A DNA stretch of 64,000 nt from Dehalococcoidia bacterium. Lineage in GTDB: Bacteria; Chloroflexota; Dehalococcoidia; Lucifugimonadales; UBA1123. The stretch covers positions 1,588,631-1,652,630 of the forward strand of contig OY762210.1 of the NCBI GenBank assembly GCA_963665255.1, written 5' to 3'. Below are positions 63,251-64,000 of the stretch, piece after piece (within the stretch, counting starts at the first letter, position 1; the number at the start of each line of letters is the position of its first letter). The notes under the pieces are model-generated. The model made no database searches. It worked only from the letters and a program-made list of their open reading frames with translations, and was not told where the DNA came from. The translations under genes and the position numbers were made by a program.

Positions 63251-64000
63251 ATGAAGATAGGAGCGCACGTTTCAACTGCGGGAGGTCTTCACACCGCTTT
63301 CGGTCGCGCCGATGAAATGGGTGCGGAGACCATTCAGATATTCGCGTCGTCTCCAAGAGCATGGAAGTTTCGGGAACTCAAGCCGGAAATCGTACAGCAG
63401 TTCCACGAAGCCTCAGGCGAGACCGGGATTGCCCCAGTCTTCATCCACGGCAGCTATCTGGTCAACATAGCAGGTACGCCGGAGTTAATTGAGAAGTCAG
63501 TGGAGTGCCTGATCAAGAACATGGAAGTAGCAGCCGAGATTGGCGCCACTGGAGTTGTCTTCCACGCTGGAAGCCACAAGGGTAGGGGATTTGACGCTGT
63601 AATCGGGCCAGCCGCCTCAGCGCTGACTGAAGTGCTGGAGGCTAGCCCACCGGGACCGCTCCTACTGGTCGAAAACAGCGCCGGCATGGGAGCGCACCTG
63701 GGAGCCTCGTTCGAAGAACTGGGCGAGATGATCTCGGCAGTTGGGAGCGACCGCTTCAAGGTGTGCCTGGACACTGAGCACAGCTTCGCGGCGGGCTACG
63801 ACATTGCCAACCCCGACGTGATCGATGCCGCAATGGACGAGTTCGACAGCCACATAGGTCTCGATCGCCTGGTAGTTGTCCACGCCAACGACGCAAAGGT
63901 GGAAATGGGTTCTGGAGTGGACCGGCACGATAACATCGGCGAAGGTCACATAGGCATCGAAGGCTTCGAGGTCATCATGGGCCATGAGGCGTTCAGCGAC
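63251..64000 (+). CDS. nfo: Endonuclease IV (deoxyribonuclease IV); partial, runs off the right edge
   Basis: Absent from the ORF track because it runs off the edge. My translation from ATG 63251 reads MKIGAHVSTAGGL..ETIQIFASSPRAW..FIHGSYLVN..VVFHAGSH..LLVENSAG..VCLDTEHSFAAGYD..VVVHANDAK..GSGVDRHDNIGEGHIG, which carries the Nfo metal-ligand motifs. Confidence 0.9.
   Translation, partial: MKIGAHVSTAGGLHTAFGRADEMGAETIQIFASSPRAWKFRELKPEIVQQFHEASGETGIAPVFIHGSYLVNIAGTPELIEKSVECLIKNMEVAAEIGATGVVFHAGSHKGRGFDAVIGPAASALTEVLEASPPGPLLLVENSAGMGAHLGASFEELGEMISAVGSDRFKVCLDTEHSFAAGYDIANPDVIDAAMDEFDSHIGLDRLVVVHANDAKVEMGSGVDRHDNIGEGHIGIEGFEVIMGHEAFSD

Overview
This is a densely coding bacterial chromosomal window with about 60 CDS. 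By eye I found no rRNA, tRNA, CRISPR array, transposase or integrase. The first half (1-31.9 kb) is mostly housekeeping: ribD (partial), dcd, an ECF sigma/anti-sigma pair, lepB, a Fur-family regulator followed by DUF1800/DUF1501/NHL genes, priA, rplS, surE and ilvD. It also holds a single-polypeptide GAF-PAS-histidine kinase-receiver-wHTH protein, argF, trmD, moaB, a stripped-down division cluster (rsmH-ftsA-ftsZ only), nrdR-nrdJ, pdxA and proC-yggT. The second half (31.9-63.2 kb) is a paralogue-rich set of redox and catabolic enzymes. These include SDRs, LLM/luciferase-like oxidoreductases, a deazaflavin-type reductase, hydantoinase A/B, an enolase-superfamily enzyme, a form-II CoxL-like molybdoenzyme with MoxR, two TPP enzymes, two amidohydrolases, two MFS transporters, an ABC-2 exporter, PPK2 and Nudix. 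The window ends in a partial nfo. This gene content would fit a marine Chloroflexota (SAR202-like) genome, but that is inference only. The most interesting observation is an in-frame TGA at the catalytic-cysteine position of a DsbA/Rv2466c-type thiol oxidoreductase (60490..61131, minus strand). It has a strong SD and ATG upstream and a SECIS-like hairpin starting at the UGA, so it is a candidate selenoprotein that the ORF track truncates. Other points worth a second look are a catalytically degenerate SDR next to a canonical one, a doubly membrane-anchored anti-sigma factor whose external part is only Ala/Pro and Thr/Pro low-complexity sequence, tandem NrdR boxes over the nrdR promoter, a Fur-type palindrome ahead of a signal-less DUF1800/DUF1501/NHL operon, translationally coupled PPK2-Nudix-enolase genes, and several perfect palindromes in front of transporter and oxidoreductase genes. 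All family assignments come from motif recognition by eye. No database search was run.
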